Shown here one piece after another: positions 9,072 through 18,270 of a stretch of DNA of 64,000 nucleotides. The notes under the pieces were generated by a model that was not told where the DNA came from, made no database searches, and saw nothing but the letters and a program-made list of their open reading frames with translations. The stretch is from an uncultured delta proteobacterium. GTDB lineage: Bacteria; Desulfobacterota; Binatia; Binatales; Binataceae. The stretch is taken from positions 864,001 through 928,000 of the forward strand of contig CAVQEQ010000003.1 of assembly GCA_963711565.1 (NCBI GenBank), in the 5' to 3' direction. The position numbers and the translations under genes are program-made. Within the stretch, counting starts at the first letter, position 1, and every line of letters begins with the position of its first letter.

Positions 9072-10217
9072 ATGAACTATTTCTCCCTCGTGCTCCGCAA
9101 CATTACCCGCAACAAGCGCCGCACCATCCTCACCACGCTCTCGATCACCGTCTCGATATTCATCTTCGCCTCGCTCATCAGCCTGCCCGAACTGCTTAAC
9201 CAGGTCCTGCGCGACCGCGCCAACTCGCTGCGCCTCATCTGCCACAGCAAGGCTAGCCTCTTCTACATGCTGCCCGAGTCATATCGCCGCCGAATCGAGA
9301 CCGTGCCGCACGTCGAGGCAGTGGCCGCTTACAGCGTCTTCATGGGAACCTATCGCGATCCGAACGAGCAGCTCGGCATTCTCGCCGTGGACGACGATCA
9401 CATCCGCGAGATCTTCCCCGATTGGGACATCGGCGCGGAAACCGAACACGAATTCGTGAGCATGCGCACGGCGGCGCTGGTCGCAACCAACCTGATGAAG
9501 CTCTACGGATGGAAAGTCGGCCAGACGATTATGCTGCGCGGCACCTTGTACCCGGTCGATCTGCAACTGACCATCGTCGGCGTGCTGAACGAGGAAGCCG
9601 CCGGCCCTCGCATCATCTTCCGCCGCGACTATATGGAAGAACTGCTCGGCAGGCCCGGTACCGCCAACCTGTTCTGGGTGAAAATTGACAGCTCGAAATC
9701 GGCGCCCGAAGTGATCGCCGCGATCGACGAGATGTTCGCCAATTCGGAAAACGAAACCGCCACCGAAACCGAAGTCGCGCTGATCAAGAACGAAATCGGC
9801 AGCAACCTCGGCCTGATGCTCAACGGCGCAAAATTTCTCGCCGCCATCGTGATGTTCACGATCGGGCTGGTTGCCGTCAACACGGCCGCGATGGCGGTGC
9901 GCGAGCGGCGTCACGAGATGGCGGTGATGCGCGCGATTGGGTTCACGCGCAGCTCGATCATCGCGCGCATCCTCGTCGAAGGCCTGCTAATCGGCGTGAC
10001 CGGCGGTGTCCTCGGATGCGTCCTGGCGTACCTCGGCTTCGAACTGTTGCCGCACGTCTCCGGCGCGCTGGGCCCGCTCGCGCTCGCGATGACGCTGGAG
10101 CCGCGAATCATCGCCTACAGCTTTCTCATTGCCGCCGCGATCGGCGCAGCCAGCGGCTTCATCCCTGCAACCCTCGCCACCCGCGGCGCCATCTCAACCG
10201 AACTCCGCGCCGTATAG
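9072..10217 (+). CDS. ABC transporter permease, MacB/FtsX family
   Basis: RNITRNKRRTILT N-terminus, periplasmic domain, AVRERRHEMAVMRAIGF, three C-terminal TM helices. Confidence 0.9.
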   Translation: MNYFSLVLRNITRNKRRTILTTLSITVSIFIFASLISLPELLNQVLRDRANSLRLICHSKASLFYMLPESYRRRIETVPHVEAVAAYSVFMGTYRDPNEQLGILAVDDDHIREIFPDWDIGAETEHEFVSMRTAALVATNLMKLYGWKVGQTIMLRGTLYPVDLQLTIVGVLNEEAAGPRIIFRRDYMEELLGRPGTANLFWVKIDSSKSAPEVIAAIDEMFANSENETATETEVALIKNEIGSNLGLMLNGAKFLAAIVMFTIGLVAVNTAAMAVRERRHEMAVMRAIGFTRSSIIARILVEGLLIGVTGGVLGCVLAYLGFELLPHVSGALGPLALAMTLEPRIIAYSFLIAAAIGAASGFIPATLATRGAISTELRAV

Positions 10218-10287
10218 TTGAACCTTGTCCGATCCTAACCTCTCCTTGTCCGAGGAGAGGTTAAGTCCGAACGGAAGCTCCGCTCTT

Positions 10288-10708
10288 CTACTTCCTGAAC
10301 TCGACCGTCGCCGTCCCGGTCACGAGGCGCTCCGCCTCCTCGTTCTCCATCCAGAACGTCAATCTCGGCCGTGCGATCCGCGGGATTCTTGTTCGTGATA
10401 AATCCGTGAATCGTGATCGCGTGATCCGGCTGCACCGGCACGCGATATGTCGTGCTCATCTGCTTGAGCCACGCGTTGCCCGAGCCGATCCAGTCCGTCA
10501 CCAGCTTAGACAACAATCCGAGGCTCATATTGCCCGGCAGGATCATCCCCGGCAGCCCTTCCTTCTTCGCCGCCTCGTCGTCGGTGAAGCGCCCCGCGAT
10601 CTCGCCCATCCCCATCAGCTTGGCGTAGGCCCGGCACTGATCCTTGCTGACGAGCAACTCGAGCGGTCCGAGCGTATCGCCGATGTTGATCTCTTCGAAG
10701 CTGCTCAC
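10288..10708 (-). pseudogene. MaoC-like (hot-dog fold) dehydratase with apparent +1 frameshift near 10355 (pseudogene or sequencing error)
   Basis: FEEINIGD..AKKEGLPGMILPG. Removing one T in GACGTTCTGG restores DVWMENEEAERLVTGTATVEFRK-stop at 10288, a typical MaoC C-terminus. Confidence 0.75.
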
Positions 10709-11151
10709 GTTCGGTTCATGAAGCGATGGTCGATATGGGCCAGCACTTCGTCCTTCTGATTCTTGAGTGTCGAGCGGATCACGACGAAGACCATCGTGCC
10801 CGTGCGTCCGGTCTTCTCGAAAATCTCCTTCACGTGCGAGGTCAACGTCACCTGGTCGCCCGGCCGTATCGGTGCGACGAACTCGACATCCTTGCCCGCG
10901 TCGAAGCCGCGCCGTCCGAAGCGCGGCACATTCTCGAAAAAATGCCGCCCGTTGCGGAACGTCACCGCGAACGACGGCGGCGCGACGATCCCGCCGTACG
11001 GCCCGCGCTTCGCCGCTTCCTCGTCCGTGTAAATGGGATTGGTCTCGCCGAGCGCCGCGCAGTACCGCTTGATCTTGTCGGCCTTGACCTCGACCGGTTC
11101 GGTCACTTCGAAGACCTTGTTGATTAGCGCCGGATCGTAATTCACTGCCAT
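10705..11151 (-). CDS. MaoC family dehydratase (FAS1-like N-terminal hot-dog subunit)
   Basis: IKRYCAALGETNPIYTDEEAA, VAPPSF, VEFVAPIRPGD, EKTGRTGTMVFV. Confidence 0.9.
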   Translation of the reverse strand: MAVNYDPALINKVFEVTEPVEVKADKIKRYCAALGETNPIYTDEEAAKRGPYGGIVAPPSFAVTFRNGRHFFENVPRFGRRGFDAGKDVEFVAPIRPGDQVTLTSHVKEIFEKTGRTGTMVFVVIRSTLKNQKDEVLAHIDHRFMNRT

Positions 11152-11173
11152 CGTAATTCTCTCGATTTCCTCG

Positions 11174-11857
11174 CTACCGCGTTTCCATCGCGACCGCATG
11201 CGGCACGGCTTTGCGCCGCGGCCGGAAATCCACCGGCTCGTAATTGCCGGCCTTCAATTCCCGCACCAGGTCCTCGATCGTTTTGATATACGCGCTGAAC
11301 TTCGTCGCGCACAGCCCAATCAAACTCACCAGGTGACTATCCGATCCGCCGGTCGCCGCGAAACCGTACTTCGCGATCAGCTCCGCGCTGCGTTCGTCCT
11401 CGCCCTTGCGCGATCCGCCGTTCAGCAGTTCGACCGCGACCACGTTCTCCAGCGGCGGCTTGTTCTGGTAGTGCTCGTACATCCCGATATTCGGCCGCCC
11501 CGGATGGCACGGCACGACGATCCCGCCCATCCGCGCGACCTCATTGATCAGCGTCTGCGCGTCGAGATGCACGTCGGCAAAATCGAATCGCTTGACCATG
11601 TCGTCGTTCACGCCGAACACCAGCATGTGCCCGTAGTTGGTCTCGACTTCCGACGCGCGCAGCACCATCGTGCCGAACTTGTCCTCGAGCGCGCGGTAGT
11701 CGCCGCCGCGATTGAACTGTCGATGCTCGGTCAACACGATTCCATCGACCGGCCGCTCGACCGCCCGCAGCTTGATCCAGTTGAGGTACGCCTCTACCGG
11801 TGCGCGGCTGTCTTCCGATGCTTCACTATGCGTGTGCAGATCAAGGATTGTACTCAC
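11174..11857 (-). CDS. PHP-family metal-dependent phosphoesterase
   Basis: DLHTHS, LTEH, EVETNYGH, CHP, TGGSDSH. Confidence 0.9.
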   Translation of the reverse strand: MSTILDLHTHSEASEDSRAPVEAYLNWIKLRAVERPVDGIVLTEHRQFNRGGDYRALEDKFGTMVLRASEVETNYGHMLVFGVNDDMVKRFDFADVHLDAQTLINEVARMGGIVVPCHPGRPNIGMYEHYQNKPPLENVVAVELLNGGSRKGEDERSAELIAKYGFAATGGSDSHLVSLIGLCATKFSAYIKTIEDLVRELKAGNYEPVDFRPRRKAVPHAVAMETR

Positions 11858-11870
11858 CAGGAATGTGCCC

Positions 11871-12299
11871 TCACCTCGCCGGGCGAAATTTCGCGAGCGT
11901 CACCGTTGGCGTGACGTCCTCGTATACGACCTCGACGGGCATGCCTATTTTAACCTGATCCGGCTGGCAGTCGATAACGTTGGTGAGCATTTTCAGGCCC
12001 TCGTCCAACTCGACGTACGCCATTACGTACGGCAACGATTCGCGAAACCCCGCCGCCTGGTTCTGATAGGTCGTCGTGAAAGTATAAACCTTGCCGCGAC
12101 CGCTGCACTTGATCCATTGCGTGTCCGCCGACATGCAATTCGTGCACAGCGCGCGCGGATAGTAGCGCACGTCGCCGCACTTGCCGCACTTCTGTATATA
12201 CAGTTCGTGCCGCTGGAGCGCTTCCCACCACGGACGATTCTCTTCATCGAGATGCGGTAACGGCTTCGAGTATTTCTTGGCCTGCGTTTGTTCCGCCAT
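11871..12299 (-). CDS. DUF35 Zn-ribbon/OB-fold acyl-CoA-binding protein
   Basis: CGKC..YYPR..CTNC, SGRGKVYTFT, VELDEG, IGMPVEV. Confidence 0.92.
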   Translation of the reverse strand: MAEQTQAKKYSKPLPHLDEENRPWWEALQRHELYIQKCGKCGDVRYYPRALCTNCMSADTQWIKCSGRGKVYTFTTTYQNQAAGFRESLPYVMAYVELDEGLKMLTNVIDCQPDQVKIGMPVEVVYEDVTPTVTLAKFRPAR

Positions 12300-12312
12300 G
12301 ATTTTGATCCGC

Positions 12313-13476
12313 CTACTGATTGCTGAGAATCAACGTCGCCCCCGAATGCCGCGTGCCGAGCGTGCCTCCCGTCCCGTGCGCGAGCGCGATTTTGCAATCC
12401 TTGACCTGCCTCGGCCCGCATTCACCGCGCAGTTGCTTGGCCGCTTCAATCACCAAAAAAATCCCACGCATCCCCGGATGGTTCGACGACAGGCCGCCGC
12501 CGTCGGTGTTGATTGGAAACTCGCCGTCGTAGCGCAGCCGCCCGCCCGACACGAAGGCGCCGCCCTCGCCGCGCTTGCAGAAGCCGAGATTCTCGAGCGT
12601 CGTCAGCACGGTGATCGTGAACGAGTCGTAGATCATCGCCATGTCGATATCTTTATGCGCGACGCCCGAGCGCTCGAACGCCAGCCGCCCCGATTGCGCC
12701 GCCGCGATTTCCAGGAAGTCGCGCTGGCCGCGCGCCGCGTGCCGCACCGTCTCGCCCGTGCCGAGGATATACACCGGCTTCTTCTTCAAATCGCGCGCCC
12801 GCTCTGCCGACGTGATCACCAGCGCGCCGCCGCCGTCGCTGATGATGCAACAATCGAGCAGATGCAGCGGCGACGAGATGATCCTCGACGCGAGCACGTC
12901 CTCGACCGTAATCGGGTCCCGATACTTCGCCGCCGGATTCATCGACGCATGCAGCCGCGTCGTGACCGCAATCTCCGCGAGCTGTTCCAACGTCGTGCCG
13001 TAGTCATGCATATGGCGCTGCGCGATCATCGCGTACGACCCCACCGTCGTCGGCCCAAACGGAATCTCGTACTGATCGCACGGATCGCCGCTGCCGCCGC
13101 CCCCGCCGCCGGTGCCGATCGCAAACCGCGACGACGCCGCCGTCGATCCGTAAACCACGACGCATACGTCGCACAGCCCCGCGTGAATCGCGGCCGCCGC
13201 ATGCGCCGTATGCGCGACGAACGACGACCCGCCAATCTGTGTCGAGTCAACAAAGTTCGGCGTCAGGTTCAGGTAATCGCAAAGGCTTACGATTCCCATC
13301 CCGCCCATGCCCATGCCGGCCGTGCACAGCCCGTTCACGTCCTTGATAGTCAGTCCTGCATCGTCCAGCGCGCCCCGCACGCTCTCCGCCATTATCTGAA
13401 ATAAACTCTTGTCCGGTGCGAATCGCGTCGGATGCTCAAACACTCCGGCCACTGCGGTCTTGCGGCTTAAACTCAT
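12313..13476 (-). CDS. Thiolase-like protein (SCP2/Ltp2 type, lacking nucleophilic Cys)
   Basis: QIGGSSF at the usual Cys position, SPLHLLDCCIISDGG, IYDSFT, NTDGGGLSSNHPG; start MSLSRK at 13476. Confidence 0.9.
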   Translation of the reverse strand: MSLSRKTAVAGVFEHPTRFAPDKSLFQIMAESVRGALDDAGLTIKDVNGLCTAGMGMGGMGIVSLCDYLNLTPNFVDSTQIGGSSFVAHTAHAAAAIHAGLCDVCVVVYGSTAASSRFAIGTGGGGGGSGDPCDQYEIPFGPTTVGSYAMIAQRHMHDYGTTLEQLAEIAVTTRLHASMNPAAKYRDPITVEDVLASRIISSPLHLLDCCIISDGGGALVITSAERARDLKKKPVYILGTGETVRHAARGQRDFLEIAAAQSGRLAFERSGVAHKDIDMAMIYDSFTITVLTTLENLGFCKRGEGGAFVSGGRLRYDGEFPINTDGGGLSSNHPGMRGIFLVIEAAKQLRGECGPRQVKDCKIALAHGTGGTLGTRHSGATLILSNQ

Positions 13477-13698
13477 CTCGAATCCCTCTTCAAGAACACC
13501 TTGGCCCAACTAGCCGGCGTTCTTCTCCGTCTCCGAACGTCCGCTCCAATAACCTCCCCTTGTCCGAGGGGAGGTCGCGGGGCGCCGAAGGAGCACTGCG
13601 GGAGAGGTACAAAGCTCGCTAGAGCACAACCCTGAATTTTTTGGTCGAAATTCATGCGATAGAATCTGGACTCGCCAACGTACGCAAGCCTCTCTCTT

Positions 13699-14523
13699 TC
13701 AGCTCTTCAACGAATCAACAAACTGTTCGATCGCTGCGTTATACTCGGTCGGCCGCTCGCGCGGAATATAATGCCCCGCGTCCGCAATAATCTTGCACGT
13801 CGCGCCGCGAATCTTGCCCGCGATAAATTCCGCATCCGCCGGCGTCGTGCCCTTGTCGTCCGCGCCCACGAGCACCAAGGTCTGCTTGTCGATCTTCGCG
13901 ATCGCGTCGCGCAGATCGACCTGCGAGCACGCGAGAATATCGGTGTAGCGCACGCGCGGATCAGTCTTGATTTGTTCCATCCACCCTTCGCGGACGACGT
14001 CGAAATTCTCCTTCACAGTCTTCGGTGAATAGCCGTCGGTATTGAAAGCCTGCGGCGCCCGCCCCATCGTAGTCGCCCGCAATCCCTCGATTCGATCCGG
14101 CGTCAGGTTGAACTTCGCCGCCGTGCAACTGAGGATCAACGCCTCGACCCGCCCCGCATGCCGCAGCCCAAGATCCATCGCAATCGCCCCGCCCATCGAA
14201 TGCCCTAAAATCACCGCCGATTTGATCTTCAACGCATCAAGAAAAGCCGCAACAAAATCCGCGTAATCATGAACCGTCCTCAACCCCTCAACTCCCGCCG
14301 ACCGCCCATGCCCCGGCAAATCGAGCGCAATCGGACTGTGCTGCGCGCCAAACGTCTCAATCTGCCGATGCCACGTGTGCCCATTCGACCCCGCGCCATG
14401 CACAAACAAAATCCTGCGCCCGCGCGAAAAGTCCGGCACCACATCGGGCAGCGTCGTCGCGCCGTTGTAATAGTAGTAAGTCGCGTATCCCTTAACGTCA
14501 GTATATTTCGTCTGCGTAGGCAT
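13699..14523 (-). CDS. Alpha/beta hydrolase
   Basis: FVHGAG, DLPGHGRS, GHSMGG nucleophile elbow, GADD, DAGH. Confidence 0.92.
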   Translation of the reverse strand: MPTQTKYTDVKGYATYYYYNGATTLPDVVPDFSRGRRILFVHGAGSNGHTWHRQIETFGAQHSPIALDLPGHGRSAGVEGLRTVHDYADFVAAFLDALKIKSAVILGHSMGGAIAMDLGLRHAGRVEALILSCTAAKFNLTPDRIEGLRATTMGRAPQAFNTDGYSPKTVKENFDVVREGWMEQIKTDPRVRYTDILACSQVDLRDAIAKIDKQTLVLVGADDKGTTPADAEFIAGKIRGATCKIIADAGHYIPRERPTEYNAAIEQFVDSLKS

Positions 14524-14675
14524 CGGCGCAAAACTCTCCGCTACGTGCTTTTGTCCGTTAGCTACTAGGTTAAACCCGCCCCCGTCAAACGCCACCGGGC
14601 TTAGCTTTCGCTCCTGCCGATGATTAGCGGCCGACTCCTACGATTCCCAACTGCGACCGTGATAGAGTGCGGCCT

Positions 14676-15227
14676 TCATATAGTCCCCATAAAAACACCC
14701 CGCATAATCGGGGACGCTTCAATAAAGGTGCTCAAGCATCGGAACGCTAGCTCGACAAGATGCTGGTCCCGTTCAACATAGCTCGCTTTATTTCCGTGAA
14801 AAAGATTGCACCGTACTTGATAGATGCACTGATTTAGGTCTTCCCATCCTGGTCGCTCCCAGCTGGCCGGATCCCATTTCTCGGGCTTCGCGCGTCGGTT
14901 CCTCGCAGTACTCCTTATCGGCCACTCTTTCGCGAATGACCGGACACTCTCTCCAAGCGCCGACTTGCCTACCATCGACTCGGTGAAGTCACGCCGCAAT
15001 TCCCTGCACGCGCACAGCGATTCGATCATAGCCGAGTCTCGGTTGCATTCGGTCACGCATGACAACCATCCATTAAACGACATCCAGAGAAAGACGAACC
15101 TAACGAGGTAATCGGTACTTGAATCGCGCTGGGACTTTTCGAACCAATGTCGAACTAGTCTTTTGCCTGGGTCATGAAGGCCGTCGAATCTAGATAAGCA
15201 GATTGTTACGTCGTGCCTTCTTGACAA
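14676..15227 (-). CDS. Solo HEPN-like protein (start uncertain)
   Basis: FVFLWMSFNGW and YQVRCNLFHGNK (Rx4H HEPN motif); visibly AT-richer than the flanks. Confidence 0.7.
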   Translation of the reverse strand: MSRRHDVTICLSRFDGLHDPGKRLVRHWFEKSQRDSSTDYLVRFVFLWMSFNGWLSCVTECNRDSAMIESLCACRELRRDFTESMVGKSALGESVRSFAKEWPIRSTARNRRAKPEKWDPASWERPGWEDLNQCIYQVRCNLFHGNKASYVERDQHLVELAFRCLSTFIEASPIMRGVFMGTI

Positions 15228-15274
15228 TTTAACAACCTCTATCCAAGCAGACCGTGACTCGATGCCGTTTTGTC

Positions 15275-15904
15275 TTAGTTTGAATTTATGCCACCCAAGG
15301 CTGTCGCGCTCGGCAGCGAAAGAGAAATATACTTTGAATTAACCTGAAAAGTGCCGCCGTTTGAGATGAATACGTTGACGATCGCCTGATATTCATCCTC
15401 CGAGATTCCCGGACCACCGAGCGAGCACCTCCCAAGATTGTCCGCCTTGTCGCGCCCGAAATGCGGATTGACCATCTTCAACCGCGCCGTAGGTATCGTC
15501 GTCATCAGAATCGGATTGTAGGTGTGTTTGGTCCCTCCAATCTCGTTTCCGTACTTGTCGTAAGTATGCTCATCTTCCTCTTGGTCGAGGTAGACCGCAT
15601 CGACGACGACCTTGGAGCTCTTGAACTTGGCGCTCTTTCGGGCCGCTTGGAATGTGAAGCCAGCGAGCGCATCCGCTACGATCGCGCGTTGCAGCTCATA
15701 ACCGGGGCAGCCGAGCGAGGCCGTTTCGACCACTCCCTCGTCCAAGTTTGTTAGGTGGACCAGCGAACCTTGAGGCATTTGGGGAAACCTGTTGAGCGGA
15801 TCCGAATTTCCGGCTCTCGCGGCGAGGGGGAAGAGAAGGATCGCGGAGGCAACCGCTGACAAGAGCGTGAGCCAAATTTTGAAACGCGCTTTAGACTTCT
15901 TCAT
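15275..15904 (-). CDS. Hypothetical secreted protein
   Basis: Signal peptide MKKSK..LLFPLAARA; GAGG RBS; atypical composition. Confidence 0.65.
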   Translation of the reverse strand: MKKSKARFKIWLTLLSAVASAILLFPLAARAGNSDPLNRFPQMPQGSLVHLTNLDEGVVETASLGCPGYELQRAIVADALAGFTFQAARKSAKFKSSKVVVDAVYLDQEEDEHTYDKYGNEIGGTKHTYNPILMTTIPTARLKMVNPHFGRDKADNLGRCSLGGPGISEDEYQAIVNVFISNGGTFQVNSKYISLSLPSATALGGINSN

Positions 15905-16002
15905 GTTGCCTCAAGCGGATTCAAAAGTGTTGCCTGGTGCGCTGCTCCTTAACTCCAAGAGCGTACGAAACCAACGAAGCTTAGCGCGATCACCGAAGCA
16001 TT

Positions 16003-16806
16003 TCATCGATCCCACCTCCCGACAATCAGCGGCTCGTGCTGCGTCCGGCTCCGCGACGCGGCCTCCTTTGCGATTTCCGCCAGCATCGTATCGGCTCGTT
16101 CGCGCTCGCCTTCCGGTATCAACGGCATCCACCTGATTCTGATCCACTCATCGATATCCGCCCACGTGACCGTGAACGGGGCCGCGCGCTCCTCAACCCG
16201 CAAACCCGCCTTAACGAACGCCTTCTGATATCGATCCTTGGGACGCGCATCGGCGTCGCGGCGTGCCGCCCTCCGAAATATCACCTCGCTATAACCCCGC
16301 CATCGCTCCGGACCGACGATCACACTCAGCATCTGCCGAACGCTATCGTCGCGCTGCCCGGTCGCAATCATCACCCCGCCGGCCCGCAGACATCGCGCGA
16401 GCTCCGCCACGATATCTTCGACATCCGAGACGAACTGCAACACGTGGCTCGCAAAAATAAAATCGAACGTCGCCGCCTTGAACGGCAGCCGTGACACGTC
16501 AGCGTTGACTAGCCGGCACTTCGGACCAACGCGTTCGCGCGCGGACAGCAGCATGTCGAATGTCAAGTCGGCGCCGGTGACCGTGCGATTTCCCGGCGCC
16601 GCGACAAACTTCGTCAGATACGCACCGTTGCCGCATCCGACATCGAGCATGTCGCGCGCATTCGCTATCTCGCCCACAAGCGCATCGAGCACGGCTTGCC
16701 GCCGATTCCCGTAATACGCGCCGTCGCCGTAAGTGCCCGCCAGACGGCCGAAGTACGCTGCTATGTTTGAAGGTGTGCGAGATCTGGAAGTTTCGCTGGG
16801 ATCCAC
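16003..16806 (-). CDS. Class I SAM-dependent methyltransferase
   Basis: LDVGCGNG, GADLT, NADVSRLPF..FDFI, LRAGG. Confidence 0.9.
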   Translation of the reverse strand: MDPSETSRSRTPSNIAAYFGRLAGTYGDGAYYGNRRQAVLDALVGEIANARDMLDVGCGNGAYLTKFVAAPGNRTVTGADLTFDMLLSARERVGPKCRLVNADVSRLPFKAATFDFIFASHVLQFVSDVEDIVAELARCLRAGGVMIATGQRDDSVRQMLSVIVGPERWRGYSEVIFRRAARRDADARPKDRYQKAFVKAGLRVEERAAPFTVTWADIDEWIRIRWMPLIPEGERERADTMLAEIAKEAASRSRTQHEPLIVGRWDR

Positions 16807-16846
16807 ATCGCTGAGAATGACAGAAAAACGGGCGCGCCGAGAATAG

Positions 16847-17095
16847 TCAGCCGGCTGCTTTTCGAGGCTTGCGGCCCTTCGCTTTGCGCGTGGGCGCGGA
16901 TTCTCCGTCGCCGTCGATTGGACCGGCCTGCCCGTGCTCCCATACTTCGATCGCCGCGCGGCTGAACCGCCATGCGCTGCCGACGCGGAAACCCGGAATT
17001 CGCCCTTCGCGGAGCAGCCGGTAAATCGTCGTCGGATGGACGCGCAAATGCGCCGACAGCTCCGTGATCGTCAGGATTTCTTCCGAGGATGCCAT
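16847..17095 (-). CDS. Excisionase-like / BldC-like winged HTH DNA-binding protein (HTH_17)
   Basis: ILTITELSAHLRVHPTTIYRLLREGRIPGFRVGSAWRF; paralog at 58841-59065. Confidence 0.88.
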   Translation of the reverse strand: MASSEEILTITELSAHLRVHPTTIYRLLREGRIPGFRVGSAWRFSRAAIEVWEHGQAGPIDGDGESAPTRKAKGRKPRKAAG

Positions 17096-17327
17096 GGTCT
17101 CGCTCCCCCCGGGAGTTTTTTACCGGTTCCCCTTTTAACGAGCCGTATCGCTCAATGCCGCACAAAAACCCGCCACCAAGCCTCTAACCGCGCCACAGTT
17201 AAGTCAATACTGAGTGTTCGCGCCCGCTAGAGGTTGTGAATCTTGGCGAGGGTGCGTCATGTTGCGTTATCGTTCGCGAAGGACCGGCACAAGCACCCGA
17301 CGCCGCGCGTCAAGGAGGCGACTCGCA

Positions 17328-18134
17328 ATGAACTATGAGGCGATTGAAATCAAAAACGAAGGCGCGGTGGCGTGGCTCACGCTCAAGCGTCCGCACAATC
17401 TCAACGCGCTCAGCGCGCAGATGGTCGCCGAGCTCGAGGACTTCCTCCATCGCCTGCCGACGCTCACCGAAACCCGCGTCGTCGTGATGAAGGGCGCCGG
17501 GCGCGCGTTCTGCGCCGGGCTCGATCTCAAGGAACAAAACCGTGGGGGCACCGGCCTCGGCGCCTCGACCACCGACACCGTCGAGAGCCAGCGCCGCATG
17601 AGCGACCTGGTCGTCGCGATTCGCCGCGCGCCGCAGCCGTTCATCGCCGCAATCCGCGGACCTGCTGCCGGCGGCGGCTTCGCGCTGGCGCTCGCATGCG
17701 ACGTGCGCATCGCCGGCGAGTCGGCTCGCTTCAACGCCGCATTCATTCGCATCGGGCTGAGCGCGTGCGACATGGGCGTCAGCTATTTCCTGCCGCGCGC
17801 CGTCGGCAGCTCGGTCGCCTCCGAGCTGATGCTCACGGGACGCTTCATCAACGCCCAACGCGCATTCGCCACGGGCCTGGTGTCCGAATTGATGCCCGAT
17901 GCTGACGTCGATGCGGCCGCCGCCAAGCTCGCGCTCGAGATGACGGAAACCTCGCCGCTAGGCCTTCGCCTGACGAAAGAATGCCTCTCGATAAACATCG
18001 ACGCCGGCAGCCTCAAGAATGCGCTCGCAATCGAAGATCGCAACCAGGTGCTATGCGTTCGCGCCGGCTACATCGAAGAAGGCGCCCGCGCCTTCCTCGA
18101 AAAGCGCAAGCCGCGCTACGCCCCGCGCGCCTGA
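17328..18134 (+). CDS. Enoyl-CoA hydratase/isomerase
   Basis: GRAFCAGLDL, GPAAGGGFALALACDVRIA, ELMLTG; AGGAGG RBS before ATG 17328. Confidence 0.93.
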   Translation: MNYEAIEIKNEGAVAWLTLKRPHNLNALSAQMVAELEDFLHRLPTLTETRVVVMKGAGRAFCAGLDLKEQNRGGTGLGASTTDTVESQRRMSDLVVAIRRAPQPFIAAIRGPAAGGGFALALACDVRIAGESARFNAAFIRIGLSACDMGVSYFLPRAVGSSVASELMLTGRFINAQRAFATGLVSELMPDADVDAAAAKLALEMTETSPLGLRLTKECLSINIDAGSLKNALAIEDRNQVLCVRAGYIEEGARAFLEKRKPRYAPRA

Positions 18135-18137
18135 CAA

Positions 18138-18170
18138 GAAAAAAGGGGCGGTTCCGACGAACCGCCCCTC
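18138..18170 (-). terminator. Rho-independent terminator between convergent genes
   Basis: GGGGCGGTTC-cgac-GAACCGCCCC stem preceded by an A-run (U tract on minus strand). Confidence 0.75.
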
Positions 18171-18186
18171 AAGCACTCTTAACACC

Positions 18187-18240
18187 GGGTGCAGGGGTCA
18201 CCCCTGCCGAAGGAAGCGTGAAACCCACCGCGGGTTTCAC
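18187..18240 (+). repeat. 54-bp double-hairpin intergenic repeat, copy 1
   Basis: GGGTGCAGGGGTCACCCCTGCCGAAGGAAGCGTGAAACCCACCGCGGGTTTCAC; near-identical at 22263-22317, partial at 27037-27059 and 6443-6468. Confidence 0.88.
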
Positions 18241-18270
18241 ATTAAATCAAATGATTTACCCTTCCCTCGA

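Noticed and set aside
12181-13404. Long antisense ORFs (also 8160-9245, 19665-20975, 24124-25185, 32873-33850, 34208-35359, 40734-41999, 46823-48139, 48673-50190, 50253-51731, 56881-58131)
   Set aside because: Mirror frames of well-supported genes, expected at high GC with strong codon bias; no motifs
16847-17095. Prophage or ICE suggested by excisionase-like genes
   Set aside because: No integrase, phage or conjugation genes, tRNA or att duplication near either copy
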